A DNA stretch of 52,782 nucleotides, counting the filler, from Catajapyx aquilonaris (Eukaryota): assembly GCA_000934665.2 (NCBI GenBank). It is 3 parts of 3 records of this genome, joined end to end, with 100 filler letters (N's around TTAATTAATTAA, not from the genome) between each part and the next. Parts side by side here need not be neighbours in the genome. Positions count along the whole stretch, not along the records: positions 35,356 to 52,782 come from JYFJ02006948.1; 2 more parts are not named here. One strand, written 5' to 3'. The notes under the pieces were generated by a model, which made no database searches, had not been told where the DNA came from, and was given only the letters and a program-made list of their open reading frames with translations. Position numbers and translations under genes: made by a program. Positions 38,623 through 49,113 of the stretch are shown here, piece by piece (the stretch's first letter is position 1; the number at the start of each line of letters is the position of its first letter).

Positions 38623-39714
38623 CAGGGTTGTGAACTGAACCGAACCCTTGCTCCATGAACCCGATAACATCGAACCAGCTCCGGAGCAGTAGAGTCGGAG
38701 TCCGGAGCGAGCGTCGGAAGGGGGACGGGTTCAAGGCGGTTCCGGGGGAGAGTGGAGCCAAGGTCGGAACACGTCCGGAGCGAGCGCCGGAATGGGGTTC
38801 GGGTTCATGCCAGTTCAGGGGATGAGTGGAGCGAAGGTCGGAGCTGGTTCGGAGCGAACGGCTCCGGAGTTGAACCCGGTTCAGGAGCGGGGTTCGGATC
38901 GTGTTCCAGATCAGGTTCGGAGCGGTTCAAAGCTTGGTTAGGTACAACATACCAACCCAACAGGGGGAAAGGCAGCAAAACCGCTGGATTTACTCCAGAG
39001 TATGCATCATGTCTTCATGGTGGGAGAATGACATTTCCAAGCACCCGCAATACAGGGTGTACCGTAAATGTCACATTTTCATGTCATGCGCATTTTGGTA
39101 TGTTACAATATGTCATGCGCATTTTTGTACGTTACAATATGTCATACGCATTTGTTGTATGTCACAATATCTCATACCCATTTTTTTGGATGTCACATTT
39201 TCATGTCATAATCATTTTTTGTATGTTACAATAATATGATATTGTAACATACCGTACAAAAAAATGCATGACATGAGAATGTGACATCCAAAAAATGGGC
39301 ATGAGATATTGTGGCATTCAAAAATGCGCATGACATGAAAATGTGACATTTACGGTACACCCTGTATCGCGCGTGTTTGTCATTCTCCCACCATGAAAAC
39401 ATGATGCATACTCTGGAGTAAATCCAGTGGTTTTGCTGCCTTTCCCCCTGTTAGGTTGGTATGTTGTACCTAACCAAGCTTTGAACCGCTCCGAACCCGA
39501 TCCGGAACACGATCCGAACCCCGCTCCTGAACCGGGTTCAACTCCGGAGCCGTTCGCTCCGAACCAGCTCCGACCTTGGCTCCACTCTCCCCCGGAACCG
39601 CTTTGAACCCGTCCCCGTTCCGACGCTCGCTCTGGACTTCGACTCTACTGCTCCGGAGCTGGTTCGATGTTATCGGGTTCACGGAGCAAGGGTTCGGTTC
39701 GGTTCACAACCCTG
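38623..39714. mobile_element. hAT-type foldback element with perfect 8-bp TSD
   Basis: GTTCATAA|CAGGGTTGTGAAC...GTTCACAACCCTG|GTTCATAA; many GAACC/GGTTC subterminal motifs. Confidence 0.9.
39053..39364. mobile_element. Tc1/mariner-type MITE nested at the centre of the hAT element
   Basis: TA|CAGGGTGTACCGTAAATGTCAC...GTGACATTTACGGTACACCCTG|TA. Confidence 0.8.
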
Positions 39715-40028
39715 GTTCATAATGTAGAAGGATTGCTCTAGGCCTACTAATGCACAATATGTATATATTATTTTCATCCATATGTCTCAGCCTGGAAAAT
39801 GTACAAATGTGCAAACCTTAATTTAGCACTGGGCTTTCAGCAGTCACATACCAGCATGAATGCATCCCCTGTATGTATACTCTTGACTGACAGCTATTAA
39901 ACATTAGTCCAGATTAGGTGCAAACATGGCAAATTCTGGGGAACATGTTCCTGAAGCAGCTTTTATGCTCATATTTCATTTGATGTTGCCCTGCCCTCAT
40001 ATTTCCCATTTCATGAATTCGGGTATAA

Positions 40029-40225
40029 GGCCTCGTTTACATGTGAGCGATGTGACGAGGGAAGTCCTTGCCCAGCGATAACATCGCTGGGTAACCAGTG
40101 TTGTTTGAGGCGAAAATCTATTGTTACTTTCACCTCAAACGATATTGGTTACTTGGGTTACTCAGTGATGTTATTGCTCAATGAAGACTTCTTTCATGCC
40201 AAATTGCTCACATGTAAATGCGACT
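40029..40225. mobile_element. Degenerate PIF/Harbinger-like MITE; related end near 45555
   Basis: TAA|GGCCTCGTTTACATGTGAGC...GCTCACATGTAAATGCGACT|TAA. Confidence 0.6.
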
Positions 40226-40350
40226 TAAAGCCCAAGCTGTAATGTTGTGGAGGGAAAAGCTTCCAAATGTTTGATCTGGTCCTAACCTACAAGTGAGTTA
40301 AAGTTTGGTGGTGCATATACTGATATATTCGTCTCCACCTTCAGCATACC

Positions 40351-41877
40351 ATGCCTATGAGGAAGCAGCCCAAAAGCCTCCAGCAGATGTGCTTTTACAA
40401 GGTGGCATGCAACGCATTGAACGCATGCGGGAGGAGCAACGGACAACAAGAAGAGGATATTCGCCAGTACGTCCTTGGCATCCCACCACTGCTTGCAAAT
40501 GTGTATGTCAAGGAGATCCTGAAGCATTGCGAATGGTGGGATGACCATGTTGATATCTCCAGTGCATTTCATCCCAAGTGCACTGAGATCATAATAGAAC
40601 CTGAAGATGAGCTGTCATATGACTCATATGAGAAATTGTATGCCAACCTGCATGTCATGAGTGACCTTGCTATATTCAAACCAGTCTGGAAAGGTATGCC
40701 AGACATGGTGGATGTGCTAGACATTCCCATCCTAGAACACCCACTTCCTAATCTGATCAATTTGCGCTCAGTTCAGATTGCCCTGGACTCCTTACCAGAC
40801 CTGGACTCCTCACCAGAGCTCTTTCAGCAAATGGTAGAAAATTGTCCACTCTTAGAAGAGATTAATATTGTGGATACCTCATATCGAGCTGGGGATTACT
40901 GTCAGGTGATTCTTAACTCCGAGTGCAAAAACCTGAAAAAACTTTCCATTGAGGGTGTGAGGCCTAATGTTGCGGTGGACCTTCTGGAACACCTTCCAAA
41001 CTTGGAGATTTTCCGCATTTATGACATGGCAAAAGTTCTTCCTCGCCTCAAGAAGTCATACCCTTTGAAGGACTTCGTCTTAACCCTGGAAGTAGATCAA
41101 GTGGCTTCCCTCCACACGCTGGCTGACCACTTTCCACACCTTGAGCGGCTCTACCTTGAGACGTGCTGGGAGATGGATCTGAGCCCCCTAAATGGACTTG
41201 CTCACCTCAAGGACTTGGCTATAAGAGATACATCTGCTTCCAGCATCCTCTGCCTGAAGGACAAATGCTTTGCTTCTCTCACTAAGTTGCATCTGCAAAA
41301 TGTGATTGACCTGAATTTCCTTTTCAAACAAGATCTTTCTCTCCCACTAATCCAAGACCTGACCATTTACTTGTGCGATGGAATCAACACAGCAGCCATT
41401 GGGGACATATTTCCTAATCTGAAGTCACTTACTCTCTGGAGAGGCGGATTCACTGCTCTTCCAGCCAACGTCACATGTGATACTGCATTTCAGAAAGTGG
41501 AAAATGTGACATTATGTCCAGGAATGAATTCAAAAGACCACGTCCTTTACTTGATGTCATGTTGCAAGAAGTTGAAGGACCTCCATTTATGTAGCAATGG
41601 TGGTGAGTCATCTGCATGTGAGGTTCTGCGTAGCTCCACATTGAAAGGGTTGCGTAAACTGAGAGTACGTGACAATAATATGAAGAAAGAAGTAATAAGT
41701 ATCATTTTTGAGTCATGCGGAGATGATCTAAGTTGGGTAGAATTAGAATCTCACAGACCCGTTTTGTCATCTGCTGAACGTAGTGAATTGGCCGACCGTC
41801 TGGAGGCTTATGGCATGTACTTTTCCATAGACACCAGCAGTACTAGAGACAGTTTCAAATACAATCCTCATTATTGA
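40351..41877 (+). CDS. Leucine-rich-repeat protein (508 aa) with N-terminal BC-box and Cul2-box-like motifs; putative cullin-RING ligase substrate receptor
   Basis: Uninterrupted ORF; PKSLQQMCFYKV and IPPLLANVYV motifs; repeated LxxLxL units (CPLLEEINI, CKNLKKLSI, FPHLERLYL, FPNLKSLTL); possible 5'UTR intron 40293-40344; AATAAA near 42163. Confidence 0.85.
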   Translation: MPMRKQPKSLQQMCFYKVACNALNACGRSNGQQEEDIRQYVLGIPPLLANVYVKEILKHCEWWDDHVDISSAFHPKCTEIIIEPEDELSYDSYEKLYANLHVMSDLAIFKPVWKGMPDMVDVLDIPILEHPLPNLINLRSVQIALDSLPDLDSSPELFQQMVENCPLLEEINIVDTSYRAGDYCQVILNSECKNLKKLSIEGVRPNVAVDLLEHLPNLEIFRIYDMAKVLPRLKKSYPLKDFVLTLEVDQVASLHTLADHFPHLERLYLETCWEMDLSPLNGLAHLKDLAIRDTSASSILCLKDKCFASLTKLHLQNVIDLNFLFKQDLSLPLIQDLTIYLCDGINTAAIGDIFPNLKSLTLWRGGFTALPANVTCDTAFQKVENVTLCPGMNSKDHVLYLMSCCKKLKDLHLCSNGGESSACEVLRSSTLKGLRKLRVRDNNMKKEVISIIFESCGDDLSWVELESHRPVLSSAERSELADRLEAYGMYFSIDTSSTRDSFKYNPHY

Positions 41878-42878
41878 TTAGGCTGCAAATTTCATTGGGA
41901 AAGATAATTACAGCATGTAGTTGCAGTGCAAATTGTTGCTTATGCATGGCATTGTGTTGTAGACATGTATAGTACAAGAGATTGCAATGAATTAGGATAC
42001 GGAGATGACATTCTCGTTTATTCATTCCAAGCCTGTTTTTAGTCATTTTCAGATGATCAGTCTCAGCACCCACTGGAAAAAATTATTTTGAACCCTTTCT
42101 ATCCATTTATAAAAGGGAGTGTATTTAAATAGACATTATGTGTAGAACTTGTGTCCATGCTAAATAAAATGCATAATATTTTTAAAACACTGGAATGGGG
42201 GTGCAAAGCTTTCTTTAGACCTCTTTAATTTTCCAAATTTACATAATATTCAAGGCAATCAAACCTGTAACTACTGAAATTCACATCAAGGGCTCATCGG
42301 CCTATGGGGCCATGCAGACGGGCCAAGCCCAGCCGCGGCCAAGCTTGGCCCGTCTGCATGGTGATCATATTTATGTACTGATAATATCCCCTGCATGTAA
42401 TTATTGAGTAATATTGACATTACTGAAAAAAATGAAATGAAATCTAACACTAACCATTCCAAGCTGTTAATTATTATCCATTGTTGACATTTATTTTTGT
42501 AAAGTGGTAGCATTGCCAGTTCTTTTGAAAATATGTATTAGTTACATATTTCAAAACTACAGTGTTTTAAATAGTAAGATTATAGTGCAGCATTTACATA
42601 GATTAAAGAGCATGAGTGGAATATTCGACCCCATAATAATATTTATGTTCTGAGCCACAGCTTCATCTGGCACTTGTGTGATTGTTGGAAAGCCAAGGTA
42701 AAAGTGCGTATCCTAGAAACGGTTTGAGTATTGTAATTAACTATGTATTCGTGAACGAATGGGGATTTAAAATTCCTTAATAAATAGTGTTGGGTGCCTT
42801 TCAACCTGTGATGAGTCCGACCCATTCCATCTCCTGCATCACTCCTTGGAGCATTTAGTTTGCCATTTTGAGTTATAC

Positions 42879-45800
42879 ATGGCTCACAGATATTCCGATA
42901 GTTATTCGCCTACTGAAGATCGCCGCCAACAATTAAGAAGTGAGTAGAGTTTTATATTGGTAGGAAAGAGATGATGGCCAGTTTCTCTCATATTCAGATG
43001 AGCAAAAAGATGAAGTGGCCCGGTCTCGACGGGAGCCAGCTGCAGCAGATGCTGGAGAGCCCCTCATGGTGTCCAAGGGGCCTGAGATCTTCCAGAACAA
43101 GAAGAGGTCCGTGGGGCTCATCGGTGCCATCGCCATCATCGTGGGAAACATAATAGGTCAGTACAGTGACTGGAAATACATCGTCTTGCCCTGACGGCCC
43201 TATGGCTGTGGCCTGCAGATAGTAATACTGTTTTCTGGAATTTCAGGCTCAGGGATATTTGTATCGCCGTCTCAACTATTGGAAAGAACCAAATCCGTTG
43301 GCATGTGCCTTATAGTATGGGCTGTGTCTGGGATCCTGGCTATGTTTGGTGAGTACATATTCATTATTATTATTATTATAACCCGTCAAAATTGTAATAT
43401 TACTTTTACAGGGGCACTATCATACTGCGAGTTGGGAACTGTTGTTCCCAAGTCTGGAGGAGAGGTGGCCTACCTCATGGAAGCATTTGGCGACATGCAC
43501 CCCTTCTGGGGTCCTCTGCCTTCCTTCCTGTTTGCCTGGGTGACGGCCATGCTTCTGAAGCCAGCCACTGTCGCCATAATTTGCCTGGCTTTTGCCAATT
43601 ACGCCCTTCGTCCATTCCTGGAAGAAGTGAGTGATCCCTGGATAGAAGGGCCTCTTCCCACAATTGCTGTGAAGCTCCTGGCCATAGCTTGCATCCGTAA
43701 GTGTTAAGTCATTTCATCTTTTTGCCCAGATGAATTTTGAGGATGTTTGTCCATACGATGACTTGTTCTTACAGTGTTGGACATTAATCGCGTTATACTG
43801 CTAGCGGCATTTTCCGCTGTGGCAGACGTGCAAATCGAAGAGATAGAGTGCGACCGCCCCTTTTTCTCCATTGCCCCTCAGCTGGCAACATCACTCAAGG
43901 CCTGCCTCTTCTGATTCGCACTGCTCGCACTCTATCACTTCGATTTGCACGTCTGCCGCAGCGGAAAATGCCGCTAGCAGTATGACGCGATTAATGTGCA
44001 ACACTGTACCAATGTGAAATCTGGTCAAAAATTAGGAAACAGTATTTCTGCAGATTCTAATGAGCATTATTTTCGTTGCAGTTCTTGTCTGTTTTATCAA
44101 TTGCTACAGTGCAGTACTGGCAACCCGGGTCCAGGTGGTTTTCACAGTGGCTAAGCTATTGGCCATCCTGATCGTCATTGGTGGTGGGATAGGCCGCATG
44201 ATCAAAGGTACAGAATCCTCCAGAGCTCCAGTGTATACCCTAAGCATATAGGCATGTAATATTACATGTACAGAGTAATTTCATTGCAGGCAAGACACTA
44301 GATCTTGGGTCCGGGTTTTCCGGCACAACCGATAGTTCATTTGGAGACATTGCCAGCTCTTTCTACGGAGGCCTCTTTGCATATGATGGATGGTGAGTTT
44401 ATTATGGTTCATCTGTTTAGTTGCGTTGTATTAAATCTAAGAGGAATAATGTTAATCATTACTTGATGACTGGGCAGTACAGAAAAGGCCACCGTATTGA
44501 CAATGGTAATGTCTGCGTCAGTGGCTTCAGTGAGGCAGTATTGCATTGATATAATATTACTGATGTTTACATATTATACAGGAACAGCCTGAACTTCATC
44601 ACAGAGGAGCTAGTTGATCCACATAGGTGAGTTGCGGTTTTTTGTATCAGATAGTTTGTAATACTCGGGACCGTTTTTATTACAGATACCTCCCACTTGC
44701 CATTCTGATTGGCATGCCTTTGGTGACCATGTCCTATCTCCTGGTCAACATGGCGTACCTGACTGCAGTGACCAAGGACGCTATGATGGACTCACAAGCT
44801 GTTGGGATTGACTTTGGACATGAGGTGCTTGGGAGCACGGCCATCTTAATCCCAATCTTCGTCGCACTGTCCACATTTGGTGCTGCCAACGGCATGGAGT
44901 TCGCCTCGGGAAGGATCTCTTATGCTTCAAGCCGCGAGGGACAGTTGGCTCACATCTTGTCATACGTCAACATCCATAAGCTCACACCTACAATGGGACT
45001 CATCTTCAATGCAAGTACAGTCTCTTATATTCTGATATATGTGCCATAATAATTGACTCTCACTCTTATTGCAGGCTGTCATTGCCATTCTGATGGTCAT
45101 CCCTGGACATATCGGCTCCCTCATCGATTTCTTCAGCTTCACTGCATGGATCTTCTACGCTCTGGCCATGGGTGCACTGATCCGGCTTCGTTCCACTCGG
45201 AAGAATGTTCCCCGCCCTTACAAGGTGAAAATGCTCACATGCTTTCAGATAAACTGCAGCTGAATATTATTAGACCTGTTACTCATCTATAAAAATATAT
45301 ATCTGCAGGTTCCTATTGTTTTTCCAATCGTTGTGATGGTGGTGTCCATATGTTTGGTGTTAGTCCCTATCTTTGACAAGCCAAGTTTGAAGTACCTGTA
45401 TGCGTGCGGATTCATATTGGTAGGTGTGATGTACTACTACCCATTCGTCTACAAGAGGCGATCAGTTGCAGGAAAAGGTAATGCCACAAAAAAGTGATGG
45501 TAACTTTGTTTACACTTTTGCAAGGTTTCAGTTGCAGTATGGATTGTGCATTATGCTGCGTTTACATGTGAGCGATTGAGTGAGCAATGAGAATCGCAGA
45601 GCGAGGCGCTCACATGTCGTGGCCTTACATCCTCCAGTGCAGGCGGTTTTAAAGAGTATTGTACTGTACTACCACTATAGTGAACATAAAGTGACAAACT
45701 CTTTTTTCCAGTTTCAGAAAAAGTATTCGTAATTTTTCGAAACATTGGCCCTGGTGTACTATTGTCAGAATATAGTTAGAATGAAAACTCCGAAAAATTC

Positions 45801-46392
45801 CCAGTGCCTGCTGCTGCCATTTCTTTATTTAAAAAATGCAAATTCTCAACTTAAGGCATATGTTTTCACAATTCATAGTACGCATTAAAAAACTGAGTTT
45901 CACTTTTTTGCCGTATTATTAGGAACAACTTCCGATAAGAATTATGGTGGTACACGCCAAAACTGATCATGGAATGAGGGGGAAAGCTCTTAGTACGAGT
46001 AAGTAGGCCTACGAGTAAGTCCGTTGTCCCCAGAAAGAGTCCGCCCAAGTCCAATAAATCTGTAAGTCCTTTGTACAGTCAGGCCCACAGTGATTTCCCC
46101 ATTTCCCAGGAAGGCATCCTTTTTTTTATAGAGTACTAAACACTTTAGAAATGTTCCAAAAAGCAGGCTACTATTTAATTCAGTCATAATAATTATTCTG
46201 GTCTAAGAATCATACACTTTGCATATATTTATGTGGTGGCTAAAACTTAATTTTTGCCAGAGAAAGTAGTATAAGAACTAGCCTGTCTTCCTATTGAGTT
46301 GATACTAAATATCCTTTCTTCCAATAGATAACAAGTTCATCAGGGTGGTTCAGCTGATCTTCAACGTGGCACCTGAGCGCAAGTTCCACTGA
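42879..46392 (+). CDS. SLC7A9: SLC7 amino-acid transporter light chain, b(0,+)AT/LAT-like (~529 aa)
   Basis: 11 exons in phase: 42879-42939, 42998-43156, 43247-43348, 43412-43696, 44082-44207, 44290-44392, 44582-44626, 44686-45010 (GC donor), 45075-45224, 45309-45477, 46328-46392. Motifs IIGSGIFVSP, GALSYCELGT, PKSGGE, FAYDGWNSLNFITEEL, STFGAANG, SLIDFFSF; exact orthology within SLC7 not established. Confidence 0.92.
43772..44006. mobile_element. Tc1/pogo-type MITE in an SLC7 intron
   Basis: TA|CAGTGTTGGACATTAATCGCG...CGCGATTAATGTGCAACACTG|TA. Confidence 0.85.
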
Positions 46393-46843
46393 GATGTTTG
46401 CCTTCCTGTAACTCTTGCACATCTTCCCCTCCCCTCTCTTTCCATCTGGTTACCTTGCTCAAATCTTTTAGAATAAGGGGTTTAAACCCCCTGCAATTTG
46501 GCTGGACTTTACATTTACAGTCCATGGACCTATTTTCAAATTGTTCATACTATGCTACGCTGTTAAAGTTGCAGATATGATTAGCCGTCAGTGTTTCATA
46601 AAGCCATAGAGATGACCCACGAGTTCGGGATATACAGTAGCCTACAAAAGTTTGTTTGGTAGGGTAAGGTTGTATTAATTTTATTGTCAGGCCCTTTGAC
46701 CTGGTCCCTGGCTAGCTCGCAGGGTGTGGGAATAAGAGTCAGGCTGGAGGTAGAACAAAATGTATTGCCGCTAAGGTGAGGAAGAGGGATGCAAGAGAGG
46801 GCGAGTGGGGACGCCGCCGCCGCCCTTCTATACAGACAAACCA

Positions 46844-46974
46844 CCGCCACGTACAACGTACTATATCGCTCAAAAACATAATAGAGACGATTTTGCATTT
46901 GATTCAAGTGAAGGCTACACTTGAGTCAAATGCAAAATCATGTCTATGTTTTTGAGCGGTATAGTACGTGGCGG
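46844..46974. repeat. Inverted repeat hairpin, MITE remnant
   Basis: CGCTCAAAAACATA...GATTTTGCATTTGATTCAAGTG versus CACTTGAGTCAAATGCAAAATC...TATGTTTTTGAGCG. Confidence 0.6.
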
Positions 46975-47055
46975 GTGGCGCACAGCTGAAGGACGATCGA
47001 ATGATGACACTCGGCAAGGCAAATGCCAATCCTGGCAATTTCTACAAACATTATA

Positions 47056-47420
47056 CAGGGTGATCAAACTTTTTTGTCGTTTTAGTTATTGACAAATTCA
47101 GCCTAAGCTGCTTATACTGTAGCCCGTTACCTGGCAACCCCGTCCGGCGGGCCAATTCAAACATCGGCCCATGGAGAGCGCTTCCATTGTTGCCACTGTT
47201 TACAAATCGAGTGAGTGAGTGCGCAGGCAGAAGAGACCCGTCGCTGGGTCGTCTGCGTCACTCACTCGATTTGTAAACAGTGGCAACAATGGAAGCAGTC
47301 TCCATGGGCTGATGTTTGAACTGGCCCGCCGGACGGGGTTGCCAGGTAACGGGCTACAGTATAAGCAGCTTAGGCTGAATTTGTCAATAACTAAAACGAC
47401 AAAAAAGTTTGATCACCCTG
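47056..47420. mobile_element. Tc1/mariner-type MITE, near-perfect 365-bp hairpin
   Basis: TA|CAGGGTGATCAAAC...GTTTGATCACCCTG|TA. Confidence 0.9.
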
Positions 47421-48061
47421 TATAGTAGGCCTATTTATGATAACAATTATTTTCACTACAACAGAATTCATTTGGGCAGTGGCTCATGCTGGACTGAGCG
47501 ACAATCAAGATCTGACAAATGAGTCATCAGGATATAATTTCTAATGCTGTAATATGGACGAATGCTCAATAATCCTAGACACTAGCTGACCTTCCTTCAG
47601 TCAGTAGTCGTCAACAATACATATTGTAGAATGTACAGTAGTAGCAGGATACATTTTAAATACAGTATAGCCAAACAAAAAAGCACTGCTAGAAGCTCAG
47701 CTAGAATCCCTACAGTAAAACCTTGCTTGTGACAAATCTAAAAACGGATCAAATCCTGTATGTATTTGGTTCCACAGCATCATTGAATGAGGCAATGCCA
47801 CAGGAGCAGCCCAGTGGATCCCGTTCATTATTCCCATCCGATGATCCACTGCCCTAACCACATCGACACCCTTGACATCCACCCAGTCCTATTCTCAGAG
47901 AGGCAACCCAGCATGCAGGCGTATCCCTCGGAGTCCATCTGAAAATAATTAGGGGAGAGGAAAAAAAGAACGTCTGTAAAAAGTGCACGTTGGTGTACAG
48001 TTGGATAGTATATACTCGAATAGAACGCACGGTAACTAACCGAACCGGCACGACGCTATAC

Positions 48062-48400
48062 CAGGGAGCATATACAAACATTCTATTTCCGCGTTTCTCT
48101 GTTTGGGGCCGTTGCCAAGGCTGGCGGCCATTTTGAAGTGGGGGCAACGCCAACGAGGTATAAATAGGGTACAGGCAAAAAATAGGGTCCGCCATCTTTG
48201 ATTCTCGCGTGTTCTTGCCGTGTAGTTGCCATGGCCGCCAAAACCATCAAAGATGGCGGACCCTATTTTTGCCTGTACCCTATTTATACCTCGTTGGCAT
48301 TCCCCACACTTCAAAATGGCCGCCAGCCTTGGCAACGGCCCCAAACAGAGAGACGCGAACATCAAAGGCGCCGACAGAAGTTTGCGCCTCTTATGTAGTA
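48062..48400. mobile_element. Palindromic MITE family B copy 1 (ends partly eroded)
   Basis: Closely matches 49516-49881; begins CAGGGAGCATAT. Confidence 0.8.
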
Positions 48401-48459
48401 TATCTATACGGTCAACCATATAGGCCTAGAAAAATGCGAGCGTAGAGCGAGGGTTTTTC

Positions 48460-48890
48460 TAGTCTGGTGATAATACTTTTTCCCGCCTGTCTCTTTCCTG
48501 CCCAGCAACTTCTTCACTTGTTGTTGCACGTAAGAAGACGATACTCTTGAGGACGGATTGACTGGCAACATCTTCTCGATCAGCCTTGGCTTCGTCTGCA
48601 TGAACATGTGTAAAGTCCTCTGGAAGAGGGTTCCCATTTCTGAGGGGGGAAAAAAAAGGTCCTTGTCCTCCCTTATTCCTTGTCCACTCCAAATGGGGCC
48701 AGCATCTCATACAAGATGAGTCCCATGGAGAAGATGTCACTCTTCTGGCCATCATACTCTTTCCAGCTGATCTGCTCACAGTCGTCGTGTCCCAACGCCC
48801 ACTGGTCTTCTCTGGTGCTGAAGGGAGTGGTGAATAAGTGCGCACCAGATCAGTTCAAAAATACCCGCCATTCCCAGTAACTTCACTTCA
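48460..48890 (-). pseudogene. Protein kinase C-lobe pseudogene, eIF2-alpha kinase (HRI/PERK/PKR)-like
   Basis: Pieces in three frames: GVGTR / EQISWKEYDGQKSDIFSMGLILYEMLAPF (48777-48691) then TAA at 48673 / LRNGNPLPEDF..H.DE / LIEKMLPVNPSSRVS, corresponding to subdomains VIII-XI. Confidence 0.65.
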
Positions 48891-49113
48891 GGCCGACAGG
48901 TGTCACACGCTTCTACTTTTATTATTTTTTTATCTCCTACATTCGTGTTGGCCACCCTGGTGCTGTAGTCCGTTATTGGCCACCCTGCCGCGTCTTTCTG
49001 TTCCATTTCCAAGATGGCCGCCGGATTTCGACATATTTCGAACAGTTGTCACACTCATTAATATTATTAATCGCGTCCAGGTCCAGGAAGACGAACTAAT
49101 TGGCAGTTGAAAT

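Noticed and set aside
47697..47940. Exon-like segment after a good minus-strand acceptor
   Set aside because: All three frames hit stops and no motif is recognisable; left unannotated
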